The translations under genes were made by a program, and so were the position numbers. A DNA stretch of 64,000 nucleotides, from NCBI GenBank assembly GCA_964409615.1, contig CAYPDT010000001.1:435880-499879 (forward strand), read 5' to 3'. Every line of letters begins with the position of its first letter. Positions within the stretch are counted from its first letter, which is position 1. The notes under the pieces were generated by a model that searched no databases, had not been told where the DNA came from, and worked only from the letters and a program-made list of their open reading frames with translations. Shown here piece after piece: positions 34,346 through 42,966 of the stretch. Source of the stretch: an uncultured Candidatus Saccharibacteria bacterium. GTDB lineage: Bacteria; Patescibacteriota; Saccharimonadia; Saccharimonadales; AWTP1-31.

Positions 34346-35554
34346 CTAGCCTTTCAGTGATTCAAATTTCTCGGTAGTTATTAGCATCGAAGCAATTGCT
34401 GCAATGGCAAACCCGATGATTATTGTTGCACGCGCAGAAAGCACCATGGCCAAGACCACAAGCACCCACCACATGATGGCCTTTGCCATGCAACCCATAA
34501 TTTCCATAGAGGTAATAAAGACTATTCGATGGCCCGGTAAATCATCAGCGGCATCATAAAAGCCTTTGGTGTAGGGCAGTCGATAACCAATAGTTATTGC
34601 TTCATTTGCCACATTTGTCGCCAAAGCCATAGGGTAACTAACCGTGAATACCCGCACTATGTACACCAAGCTATTGGCAACCGCGCTGTATCGTAGCAAG
34701 GGCCGGCCTTTCTTGTTATCAACTACCCTGCCGATAGCGTGAGCCGTAAACGCAGCCACCAGCACTGAAACCGAAGCCATGATGCCAACTCGTGCGAACA
34801 CTGAATCACCGGGCAAGACAAAAAGTGCCAAGAACAGCGGCCATAACATTAGGCACAAAGTATTCTCGACATTGACGCCTATATGAGCTGGGATATATTT
34901 GCGGACCTTACCGTACTGGAAGCCGGCAAAATCGAGTTTTTGGCGAATACGAACTGGTTCTGCAGTTTTAAACAGTGGCCAAAGACCAACCAGCAACATA
35001 ACAATAGATACTAAAAAGATGTAGCGTGAGCCAAATACCGAAGCTACCACACCACCAGTTAGAGGGCCCAGTGCTGTGCCAATCTTCTCCATAATTTGCT
35101 CAAAGCCCAGCTCTTTGCCACCGTGATTCCGATGTTTTACTTTTGAGAAGTCGATATGAAATGGAATGAAAAAGAAGCTATTAGCGCCTCCCCAGAATGC
35201 GCCCAACAAAGCCAATGGCCAGCCAAAGTTAGGCAAGGTTAAGAACAAGGCCGAACTAATAATTTGCATCAACTGCCCTATTACCAATGTATGTTTGGGG
35301 CCAATCCGTGCGGTTGTATACGCTGCTGCCAAATCAAGGCCAATACGAGCTGTGAAGTAACAGCCAAAAACGCTCATAATTGCCGGTAAAGAGTATCCCA
35401 GTTTGTACAAATAAACGGGAATAAAAATACCTACCATGCTAATCGCAAGACTGCGAATCATCATAGTCGCATAAATCTCGCTCAGTTCATTGAAGGTAAC
35501 ATCACGCCACGGATGACGGTAGGCCAGCAATTTTTGGATTATTTTTTGTAACAT
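34346..35554 (-). CDS. Major facilitator superfamily transporter (402 aa)
   Basis: About 12 predicted TM helices in two halves. Size and loop pattern (..GPKHTL.. after TM2) are typical of MFS. Confidence 0.7.
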   Translation of the reverse strand: MLQKIIQKLLAYRHPWRDVTFNELSEIYATMMIRSLAISMVGIFIPVYLYKLGYSLPAIMSVFGCYFTARIGLDLAAAYTTARIGPKHTLVIGQLMQIISSALFLTLPNFGWPLALLGAFWGGANSFFFIPFHIDFSKVKHRNHGGKELGFEQIMEKIGTALGPLTGGVVASVFGSRYIFLVSIVMLLVGLWPLFKTAEPVRIRQKLDFAGFQYGKVRKYIPAHIGVNVENTLCLMLWPLFLALFVLPGDSVFARVGIMASVSVLVAAFTAHAIGRVVDNKKGRPLLRYSAVANSLVYIVRVFTVSYPMALATNVANEAITIGYRLPYTKGFYDAADDLPGHRIVFITSMEIMGCMAKAIMWWVLVVLAMVLSARATIIIGFAIAAIASMLITTEKFESLKG

Positions 35555-35622
35555 GTTTATTTAGTTTTACTACTATCAGCATACCATACATAAGCACAAC
35601 TAACACCTACCAAAACACCTTG

Positions 35623-36372
35623 TTATTGCCCTGGAAGGTCGGGAATCTGCGGTTGCGGCGTAGGCTCTGGTAACGGTTGTTGGGCTTGTGCCAGACTTGG
35701 CTGTGATTGATTACTTGCAGTAGTGGCGTTGGCATTTTCACCAGTGGCAAATTGCGTAATCTTGTTCAATATAGAAAGGTCACTACCATCCTCCGTCTTC
35801 AGCTCCACGCCAATAAATGAAGCAATCTGCTGTGCTTCTTGTAATAACGGGCCGTCCTGCCCTGAAAGATCCATACTGAGTGGCCCAATACCCAAGGTGC
35901 CCTGGGCTTCTTTTGATTTCTCGCCAACGGTGATTGTTTTATTATCCCTAAACACAAGTGTTACCGTGCCAGTTAACCACATTTCTGGGGTGTTGCGCTG
36001 AGTATTTGTCCGCTGCTCAACGCCTTTGGTGTGTTGAACGAAGGCAATATCTGCCAGATTAAAGCCATCGTCAGATGATTTATTGCCAATTAGACGTTCC
36101 CTATGCTCTCCGCTCTGCCCTTTTTTACTGAGCCGAATTACTTTTTTCTCGGCAGTCAGCAGAATCCACGCTCCGATAGCAATGGCGCCGACAGAAAATG
36201 CTATCAAGGCCCACGGTGCTTGCTGCCCTGGCTTGCCGAGCTCTAGAAAGCCCCGGAAAACTAAAAATAATAACAACCCAATGCCAAATAGGATAAACAG
36301 AACACCACCCAATAACGTGCTTTTACCACTGTCCGTAATGGTCATCTCTTCTGGTGTTTGTGTAATCTTCAT
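35623..36372 (-). CDS. Hypothetical membrane protein (249 aa)
   Basis: Two TM helices near the N-terminus and a Gln/Pro-rich C-terminus. Confidence 0.55.
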   Translation of the reverse strand: MKITQTPEEMTITDSGKSTLLGGVLFILFGIGLLLFLVFRGFLELGKPGQQAPWALIAFSVGAIAIGAWILLTAEKKVIRLSKKGQSGEHRERLIGNKSSDDGFNLADIAFVQHTKGVEQRTNTQRNTPEMWLTGTVTLVFRDNKTITVGEKSKEAQGTLGIGPLSMDLSGQDGPLLQEAQQIASFIGVELKTEDGSDLSILNKITQFATGENANATTASNQSQPSLAQAQQPLPEPTPQPQIPDLPGQ

Positions 36373-36446
36373 AGCTTGAGTATATCAAAGTGGCTATGCT
36401 TGTATGACTTGTGGTCAGTTGAGTAGTGGCAAGCTATACTAATACT

Positions 36447-37745
36447 ATGCATATTTTCTTTTCGGGTATTGGTGGCGCTGGCATCGGCCCTCTTGCCATG
36501 GTCGCCCAGCAAGCGGGCTATACTGTTAGTGGTAGCGACAAACAAGACTCCCAGTACATCAGCTATCTTAAAAAACACGGCATTACTAATATCCATATTG
36601 GGCAAGATGCTCAGAGTTTGGCCGACGTACATAGCGCAACCCCCATCGATTGGTTTGTATATTCTTCGGCCGTTGAAAAAGAAAATGCCAATGCCCCAGA
36701 ACTTGTTTTTGTACGTGAACAAAGCATTAAATTCAGCAAACGCGACGAATTACTCAACCAAATACTTACCGACAAGCAGCAGAAACTGATTGCCATTGCC
36801 GGTACTCACGGCAAAACCACAACCACTGCCATGGCTGTTTGGTTGCTTACCCAATTAAAGACGCCTATAAGTTACATCCTTCCCGCAAAAACAAGCTTTG
36901 CCGACATGGGTCATTTTAATCCTAACGGTGAGTTTTTTGTGTACGAATGCGACGAATTTGACCGCAATTTCCTTGCGTATCAGCCCTATTTGAGCCTTAT
37001 CACCGGTGTAAGCTGGGATCATCACGAGATTTTTCCGACCCGCGAAGATTACCAAGCTGCTTTTAAAGAATTTATTAGCCAAAGCGCTCACACTATTTTG
37101 TGGCGCGAAGATTACGACTACTTGAGTATTACCGGAACATCACGGCTCGACGTCTTAGAATCCGACCATCCGCACATTCAAGACATAACCCTAGCTGGTC
37201 AGTTTACTCGACTCGATGCATGGTTAGTAATTCAGGCCATCCACGAAGCTATCAAAACACCAGTCAAAGAACTAATTTCCCACATGAACAAATTCCCTGG
37301 TTTGCAGCGACGTATGGAACAACTGATTCCAAACCTGTATAGCGACTACGCTCACACTCCCGAGAAGATTCGGGGAGGCATGAGTGTAGCCCTAGAGATG
37401 GCCAGCGCAAAAAATCAGGATGTTGTAATCGTATACGAAGGCCTGACAAACCGTCGGCAGCACTACATGATTGATGATTACAAAGATTGTTTTGATGGCG
37501 CTAAACAAGTTATCTGGATTCCTAGCTACTTAGCTCGTGAAGACCCCAACCAGCGAATTGTCCCCCCAGCCGAACTTATTCAACACCTCACCGACCCATC
37601 TGTTGCCATGGCTATGGAGCGCGATGAAGCACTTAAAAAAACTATCCAGGCTCATCTGGATGCTGGTGATATGGTTGTCGGTATGGCCGGTGGCGGCGGT
37701 GACTCTCTCGACGAATGGCTCCGTAGAGAATTCACCAGTATTTGA
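36447..37745 (+). CDS. murC: UDP-N-acetylmuramate--L-alanine ligase (Mur ligase family, 432 aa from ATG 36447)
   Basis: N-terminal FSGIGGAGIGPLA (MurC/Mpl-type) and the ATP-binding loop AIAGTHGKTTTTAM. TATACT lies 6 nt upstream of ATG 36447. Confidence 0.8.
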   Translation: MHIFFSGIGGAGIGPLAMVAQQAGYTVSGSDKQDSQYISYLKKHGITNIHIGQDAQSLADVHSATPIDWFVYSSAVEKENANAPELVFVREQSIKFSKRDELLNQILTDKQQKLIAIAGTHGKTTTTAMAVWLLTQLKTPISYILPAKTSFADMGHFNPNGEFFVYECDEFDRNFLAYQPYLSLITGVSWDHHEIFPTREDYQAAFKEFISQSAHTILWREDYDYLSITGTSRLDVLESDHPHIQDITLAGQFTRLDAWLVIQAIHEAIKTPVKELISHMNKFPGLQRRMEQLIPNLYSDYAHTPEKIRGGMSVALEMASAKNQDVVIVYEGLTNRRQHYMIDDYKDCFDGAKQVIWIPSYLAREDPNQRIVPPAELIQHLTDPSVAMAMERDEALKKTIQAHLDAGDMVVGMAGGGGDSLDEWLRREFTSI

Positions 37746-37795
37746 CAATGTACTATTGATAATATTGTAATATTCTGCTATTATATAGTTATCCA

Positions 37796-37870
37796 ATGGT
37801 TGAAAGCCATTCAACCGTCGGGGTATTACATCCGAGAGCACTCCTCTTAACCGAGGAGTGTTTTTATTGA
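37796..37870 (+). ncRNA. Candidate ~70-nt small transcript (or 24-codon micro-ORF MVESHSTVGVLHPRALLLTEECFY), antisense to the NYN gene 3' end
   Basis: TATAGT (37784-37789) is followed by 6 nt and then ATG, the same architecture as the leaderless genes here. It contains the hairpin GGTTGAA-AGCCA-TTCAACC and ends in an intrinsic terminator (37839-37865). Confidence 0.3.
37839..37865 (+). terminator. Rho-independent terminator (murC and/or the small transcript)
   Basis: CACTCCTC-TTAACC-GAGGAGTG followed by TTTTT. Overlaps the last codons of the convergent NYN gene. Confidence 0.75.
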
Positions 37871-38422
37871 ATGCTGGCGGTGCTTAACGTCTGACCCCCA
37901 AATGTCTTGATTAATACTTAAGACATCTGTATAGCTATCTGCTCCCGTACGAAGTTCATTTGAAACATTGTTACGAGATGAGTAGATATGCACCTTCTTG
38001 CCTTTGTTACGCACAAACCTAACAAGAGCAAGGAAATCAGAATCCCCACTGAACAAGATTGCTTCATTATACTTTTTTATTTGGTTAACAACATCTATGG
38101 CCATTTCAACATCCATGTTGCCCTTTTCTTGAATAACTAGACCATGTTCGGTATCTACCTTTATTTGCTTCAAGACTTTTTTTCGTACCACAAATTTCAA
38201 GGCCTTCTCTAGGTACACATAAAAACTAAACTTGCCGGCCGTACTATATTCACGCGTGCCGGGAGCAGGATATGCATCATAGTAATACACCCTAATGTCA
38301 GCAGCATGGTACGTGACTTTAATAAATTCTTTGAGTTTTGCAAGATCAAACATACGCCCTTTGGCCTTCTGAACGGCCCATAGATTAGATGCATCGATAA
38401 AAACAAAAACTACCTTGCTCAT
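37847..38422 (-). CDS. NYN/LabA-like (PIN-related) domain protein (191 aa from ATG 38422)
   Basis: VFVFIDASNLW, YYDAYP and LFSGDSDFLALV are NYN (DUF88/LabA) motifs. Confidence 0.75.
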   Translation of the reverse strand: MSKVVFVFIDASNLWAVQKAKGRMFDLAKLKEFIKVTYHAADIRVYYYDAYPAPGTREYSTAGKFSFYVYLEKALKFVVRKKVLKQIKVDTEHGLVIQEKGNMDVEMAIDVVNQIKKYNEAILFSGDSDFLALVRFVRNKGKKVHIYSSRNNVSNELRTGADSYTDVLSINQDIWGSDVKHRQHSIKTLLG

Positions 38423-38460
38423 ACATCTCATTATAAATGAGATACGCTGTGGCAATAACC

Positions 38461-38925
38461 CTATATTTTGGGTGACCACTCTTGACGGGGGTTGCCCTCA
38501 AAATCTTTAGTATTAAAGACTACAAAGTTTGTAGGTGTAATTCTATAAAATTTATTGGTGTCGGTGCCGTCTTTCATCTTTGCTTTTGCGGCATCATCTT
38601 TACCAAGTTTTTCACAGTAACCGTCTACAACTGCGTGGTCGGTTGCTTCAGCTAAAAGTTCGGCAACCCCCTCAACAGTCATTCCGATTATGTAATCTTC
38701 TTCAGGAGTATTTTCGTGCACCTTAATAACTGCAGCCACTTTTGGATTGGCGGCAATTTCTTTAGAATGTCGCCGTTCGGTAGTGCTGCGCCAATATATA
38801 CTGAGGTCGTCATCTGCGTAAAAATGTATATTGCACAACCATGGCTGGCCATCTTTTGCTGTTGCCAGTTGGATAACATTGTTAGTTTTTAGGTATTCTC
38901 GTACACATTCTTCAACGGTTTTCAT
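38461..38925 (-). CDS. Pyridoxamine 5'-phosphate oxidase-family FMN-binding protein (154 aa)
   Basis: LATAKDGQPWLCNIHFYADDDLSIYWRSTTERRHSKEIAANPKVA fits the PNPOx-like split-barrel pattern. Confidence 0.7.
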   Translation of the reverse strand: MKTVEECVREYLKTNNVIQLATAKDGQPWLCNIHFYADDDLSIYWRSTTERRHSKEIAANPKVAAVIKVHENTPEEDYIIGMTVEGVAELLAEATDHAVVDGYCEKLGKDDAAKAKMKDGTDTNKFYRITPTNFVVFNTKDFEGNPRQEWSPKI

Positions 38926-39263
38926 CGGTTATCTCCTGCTCCCTTTATAACATCTCGCTGTTTACGAGATTGCAGCTTGGCAACGTTACGCTGCATAATG
39001 TCGTCGAATGATAATCCTAAGCTATCAGCCATAACGGCGATATACCAAACAACATCGCCTAATTCTTTGGCTAACTCGGCCGTATCTTCAGCAGTGATAA
39101 CACCCGCTTTGTAGGCAACGATTTTCTTCCATTTTTCAACCACCTCACCAGCTTCGCCCGCTACGCCCATGGCCCAAATAGTTTTTTCCATCAAAGTGTC
39201 TTGATGTGTGGGGTCTGTATACGCAGTTGTTAACGCTTGTTTCTGGTACTCATCAAATGTCAT
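38922..39263 (-). CDS. MazG-like nucleotide pyrophosphohydrolase (113 aa from ATG 39263)
   Basis: FDEYQKQALTTA, GVAGEAGEVVEKWKK and ELGDVVWYIAVMADSLG are MazG EExxE/D-type motifs. ATGA overlap with the upstream NUDIX gene. Confidence 0.8.
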   Translation of the reverse strand: MTFDEYQKQALTTAYTDPTHQDTLMEKTIWAMGVAGEAGEVVEKWKKIVAYKAGVITAEDTAELAKELGDVVWYIAVMADSLGLSFDDIMQRNVAKLQSRKQRDVIKGAGDNR

Positions 39264-39736
39264 ACGTATTCTCCTTCTTTCCAACCAAACTCAAAATAAG
39301 TTTGCTTGTTGTTATACGCATTTATTAATGCGTGCTGGTACTCCATTAATTCTTGTGGCAACGCATCCAAGCCAAACCATGCGCCCTCACCATGTTTATG
39401 AGGTTCAGCATTATGTGGTTCACCCAACCATTCATGGCATACAAACATCACATCTACCCAGGCTTCACCTGGTGCGTTGTCGGACTTACGATGCATAGTT
39501 AAGGCATAGTGCATGTCTTGTGCGTCTACCGTAACGCCAACTTCTTCAAAAGCTTCACGTACCGCCGCTTCCGTAAACGACTCGCCGGCATCTACCTTAC
39601 CGGCCGGCAAACTCCACTCACCGTCACGGTAACCCGTATTAGAACGTTTAATAAGGAATGTTTGGTTATCTTTGATGAGGAGCATGTAGCTTGCAGCGCG
39701 CGTTTTGGCTTGATTTGGATCATTGTTACTACTCAT
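39260..39736 (-). CDS. NUDIX hydrolase (158 aa)
   Basis: Nudix box GKVDAGESFTEAAVREAFEEVGV (GX5EX7REUXEEXGU). Confidence 0.88.
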   Translation of the reverse strand: MSSNNDPNQAKTRAASYMLLIKDNQTFLIKRSNTGYRDGEWSLPAGKVDAGESFTEAAVREAFEEVGVTVDAQDMHYALTMHRKSDNAPGEAWVDVMFVCHEWLGEPHNAEPHKHGEGAWFGLDALPQELMEYQHALINAYNNKQTYFEFGWKEGEYV

Positions 39737-40311
39737 GCGTCTATTGTAACAGCGCCCTGTCGTAGCACTTCAATTGCATCATCTACTACCCTTATTAAGG
39801 TAGAGGGCTGCAGGTTGGCTCGTTCACCACCGTCGATATAAAAGTCTACCGAATTACCAAAATATGCCTGGGCTTCGGCAATAGTATTCGCCGGTGGCTC
39901 ACCGGGTTGATTAGCACTGCTAGTGAGTAGAGGGCCCGTTTTTTCTAAAAGCTTAACGAGTTTAGCGTCATCTACAACTCGTACTGCTAACGAAGCCTTG
40001 CCTTGGTCGAGGTAGCCGAGTTTAGGATTGTCTGTTGGGACCACAACGCTTACTTGACCGGGCCAAAACTGCTGCACTGCTGCAAGGTACCGGCGCTTCA
40101 TGCCAAGTTCTACCAATTGGTCAACACTCGCGGCGATTATAGTACCGGGCTTATTCTCACGCGACTTTAGCTGATACAGGCGCTCCACCGCAGCATGATG
40201 AGCCGCAACGCATACCAAGCCATACACTGTATCGGTTGGGAGTACGCCCACTGCACCACCAAGTAGAGCTTGCAAAAGATCAGCGTCTTGTAGGTTTTTG
40301 CTTTGAATCAT
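39733..40311 (-). CDS. tsaC: L-threonylcarbamoyladenylate synthase, YrdC/TsaC type (192 aa from ATG 40311)
   Basis: LPTDTVYGLV, KSRENKPGTII and LLTSSANQPGEP are YrdC-domain motifs. TGtTATAAT lies 6 nt upstream of ATG 40311. The ORF-track start at 40353 would translate promoter sequence. Confidence 0.8.
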   Translation of the reverse strand: MIQSKNLQDADLLQALLGGAVGVLPTDTVYGLVCVAAHHAAVERLYQLKSRENKPGTIIAASVDQLVELGMKRRYLAAVQQFWPGQVSVVVPTDNPKLGYLDQGKASLAVRVVDDAKLVKLLEKTGPLLTSSANQPGEPPANTIAEAQAYFGNSVDFYIDGGERANLQPSTLIRVVDDAIEVLRQGAVTIDA

Positions 40312-40317
40312 TACTGC

Positions 40318-40326
40318 ATTATAACA
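40318..40326 (-). promoter_or_regulatory. Extended -10 (TGtTATAAT), 6 nt upstream of the tsaC ATG 40311
   Basis: Read directly; no SD. Confidence 0.55.
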
Positions 40327-40356
40327 GGGGTGTCCCACCCTAGCCATAACCACCGG

Positions 40357-40416
40357 TCCAAGGTCCGACCTTGGAAACCGTCAATTTCCAAGCTGTTTCC
40401 AAGGTCGGACCTTGGA
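40357..40416. promoter_or_regulatory. Paired 19-bp palindromes, copy A (TCCAAGGTCCGACCTTGGA - 22 nt - TCCAAGGTCGGACCTTGGA); candidate operator
   Basis: Units at 40357-40375 and 40398-40416. Each is a perfect 9-N-9 palindrome. Located between the divergent tsaC and mscS starts. Confidence 0.6.
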
Positions 40417-40420
40417 AACT

Positions 40421-40429
40421 TGGTACACT
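40421..40429 (+). promoter_or_regulatory. Extended -10 (TGgTACACT), 6 nt upstream of the mscS ATG 40436
   Basis: Read directly. Palindrome unit A2 ends 7 nt upstream of the TACACT hexamer. Confidence 0.5.
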
Positions 40430-40435
40430 ATAAGC

Positions 40436-41332
40436 ATGAACATATTTGCAGTTTCACTTGATAGTAAAAATATTACCCTGTTTGATCAGCCAAAAGCTTG
40501 GCTAGAGACCCATGGTCTGAACATAGTCATCATCATTGTTGGGGCATGGGTGCTGAGGCGCGTTGGGGTTGCCCTAATTACCAGCATTATCAACCGTGCT
40601 ATTAGGGGGCATCAGTTCGCTACCGAAACCGACCGCAAAAAACGCATCGATACTATCGACAGCCTCCTGGGGGCTCTCAGCAAAATTATCGTCTGGATTG
40701 TTGCTGTCATCATGGTTGTGGATGAGCTTGGGATTAATACGGCTCCATTGCTTGCAAGTGCTGGTGTGGTGGGAGTTGCCTTCGGTATTGGTGCTCAGTC
40801 ACTCATAAAAGACTTCACTAACGGGTTGTTTATCATCCTAGAAAACCAATTTAGAGTTGGTGACTTTGTACAATTCGATACCGTTAGTGGTGTAGTGCAG
40901 TCGATTACGATGCGTACAACCATACTAAAAGATTTCGATGGCAATGTGCATCACGTGCCCAACAGTAGTATTGTAGTAGCGACAAACATGACCTTTGGTA
41001 CTAGCGGTATTAACCAAGACTTTACCGTTAGTGTCGATACCGACCTGGAGAAGCTTGAAAAAGTTATTAATGAGGTTGGTGAGTCATTGGCTGCAGACGA
41101 AAAAATTGGCAAGAAAATTAAGCGCAACCCATACTTTGCTCAGGTTGTTAAGTTTGGCGAACGAGGTATTGTAGTCAAGGTCTTGGGCGAGACAACACCG
41201 GGTGCACAATGGAATGTCAAAACCGAACTTATCAAACGATTGCGTCAAGCATTTATCGAGAATGGTATCGACCTACCAATGTCACCTCGTGCCGATAAAC
41301 TAGCTAAATCTAGCCCGAAAAGCAGCAAATAG
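40436..41332 (+). CDS. mscS: Small-conductance mechanosensitive channel (MscS family, 298 aa from ATG 40436)
   Basis: Three TM helices, then FRVGDFVQFDTVSGVVQSITMRTTILKDFDGNVHHVPNS (MscS beta-domain signature). Confidence 0.85.
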   Translation: MNIFAVSLDSKNITLFDQPKAWLETHGLNIVIIIVGAWVLRRVGVALITSIINRAIRGHQFATETDRKKRIDTIDSLLGALSKIIVWIVAVIMVVDELGINTAPLLASAGVVGVAFGIGAQSLIKDFTNGLFIILENQFRVGDFVQFDTVSGVVQSITMRTTILKDFDGNVHHVPNSSIVVATNMTFGTSGINQDFTVSVDTDLEKLEKVINEVGESLAADEKIGKKIKRNPYFAQVVKFGERGIVVKVLGETTPGAQWNVKTELIKRLRQAFIENGIDLPMSPRADKLAKSSPKSSK

Positions 41333-41866
41333 CTCTGACTGTTCCAACTGTTTAAGTTGGTCTTTACACCACCATGACCACTCATCTTTAGTATCGGCTT
41401 GAGCTTTCTCGACAAATTCCTGCCAGTCGAGCCACTCAAAATTATCTACCTCTTCAGCATTAGGATTTGGTTGGGTGGTTGCGACTGCTACGTATACTGG
41501 GCAAAATTCATGCTCAATGATTCCGTTATAGGGTGGTGTTTTATAAATGTACTTTGGTAGTACAACTTGCAAATCAGTAATCTGCATGCCTAACTCGTAG
41601 TCAGTACGCCTGATAACTGCATCGTCACGAGATTCACCAGGTGCTGGATGGCCACAGACTGAGTTTGTCCAGACATTGGGCCAAACCTTCTTAATTGATG
41701 CCCGCTGAGTGACCAAAAATTGGCCTTTATCGTTAAAAATGTAGCATGAAAATGCGGAGTGTAGTCGTGTATTACCATGATGAGCTTCGAGCTTCGGAGC
41801 TGTCTCGCCAGTCGGCTGGCCATTTTGATCCACGTACACAACGCGTTCTTGATTAGGGTCGGTCAT
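41300..41866 (-). CDS. idi: Isopentenyl-diphosphate delta-isomerase, type 1 (188 aa)
   Basis: RLHSAFSCYIFNDKGQFLVTQRASIKKVWPNVWTNSVCGHPAPGES and EHEFCPVY match IDI-1 active-site motifs. Confidence 0.85.
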   Translation of the reverse strand: MTDPNQERVVYVDQNGQPTGETAPKLEAHHGNTRLHSAFSCYIFNDKGQFLVTQRASIKKVWPNVWTNSVCGHPAPGESRDDAVIRRTDYELGMQITDLQVVLPKYIYKTPPYNGIIEHEFCPVYVAVATTQPNPNAEEVDNFEWLDWQEFVEKAQADTKDEWSWWCKDQLKQLEQSELFAAFRARFS

Positions 41867-41867
41867 C

Positions 41868-42932
41868 TTATACTCCTATTAATTCTTTATGACGCCGAAT
41901 TTTTTCGCGTACAACACCCGCTTTTAAGTCACGAAGCGAGAAAGCTCGGCGATTGATTTCTGGCACCGCCCGCAATCCTAGTACTTCCGCAACCTCAAGC
42001 GTTGTTTTATCTGGAGTGGATGCACTGGCGGTTACAACAGTTAGGCCCTCGATAGTGCCAAGTTCGGCTGCCTCTTGGGCATTTGCCACGGCGTGCACAG
42101 TTACATCTGGTTGCCCATCAGTTAAATGCTGCGCTAATTCATAGTAACTTTTACCATTGGCCGACTCTGGATCAGTTGCCACAACAATGCGCCGGGGCTT
42201 TAATTCTACTGTTTGCGCCACTCCACGTTGCCTGTCTTCTACCGCAAAACAAACTTCACCACGATCAGTAAACTCTACCTTGGCAGTACGTTGCTGTGAA
42301 CGAATATATGTGGCCACTTGTTCTCTATAGGCAAGTACCTTTGAGCTTTGTAGGGTAGTTTGGCTAACTATGCGGTACATACCCGATGCGCCCAACAAGT
42401 CGCTTGTTGGACGTTCACCAAGCTCTAGATAACGGCGATGTACCGGAAAATACTCTACTCTATCACGAGTTTTAATAAAATCAAGATGCCCAACCATGCC
42501 TTCAACTTCGTCGTGGAGCTTATCAACTTCACCCGGCTTTCCATGACAGATGTATAGTAAGCTTTCTCCGTTTCGTCGCGCGCGACGAGCAGACTTGTGG
42601 GTTGCCAACACCAGAGGACAAGCGGCATCAAAAGTAGTAGAACCAATTTGCTCAAGTTTCCACTGAACTTCTGGGCTTGTACCATGTGCGCTAGTAACTA
42701 CTAACTGATTCGGTGGAATTTCGGAGACATCCTCAACAAAGATTACTCCGCGAAGCGCATGAAAGTTGGTAACATCACGATTATGAACAATATCATGGAG
42801 CCCATAGACGGTTTCGATTCCGGCGGCACGTGCTTCATCAGAGACCATTGTTACGAGCTGGTCTGCTGCTGCAACACCTTCACAGAAGCCAAAGTGCTCG
42901 GGGAATACAACTGATTCAACACCTGCTGACAT
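41868..42932 (-). CDS. ispH: 4-hydroxy-3-methylbut-2-enyl diphosphate reductase (354 aa)
   Basis: FGFCEGV, HDIVHN and TSAHGTSPEV are IspH/LytB motifs and include cluster-ligand Cys positions. Adjacent to idi. Confidence 0.8.
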   Translation of the reverse strand: MSAGVESVVFPEHFGFCEGVAAADQLVTMVSDEARAAGIETVYGLHDIVHNRDVTNFHALRGVIFVEDVSEIPPNQLVVTSAHGTSPEVQWKLEQIGSTTFDAACPLVLATHKSARRARRNGESLLYICHGKPGEVDKLHDEVEGMVGHLDFIKTRDRVEYFPVHRRYLELGERPTSDLLGASGMYRIVSQTTLQSSKVLAYREQVATYIRSQQRTAKVEFTDRGEVCFAVEDRQRGVAQTVELKPRRIVVATDPESANGKSYYELAQHLTDGQPDVTVHAVANAQEAAELGTIEGLTVVTASASTPDKTTLEVAEVLGLRAVPEINRRAFSLRDLKAGVVREKIRRHKELIGV

Positions 42933-42966
42933 CTCTTAATTCTACCACAGGCCAGGTTGGGTAAGC

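Noticed and set aside
40312-40435. The ORF-track N-terminal extensions of tsaC (start 40353), mscS (start 40412) and aspS (start 56284)
   Set aside because: The extensions translate the palindromic element and promoter boxes. Internal ATGs at 40311, 40436 and 56170 are preceded by -10 boxes at leaderless spacing and give family-typical N-termini.
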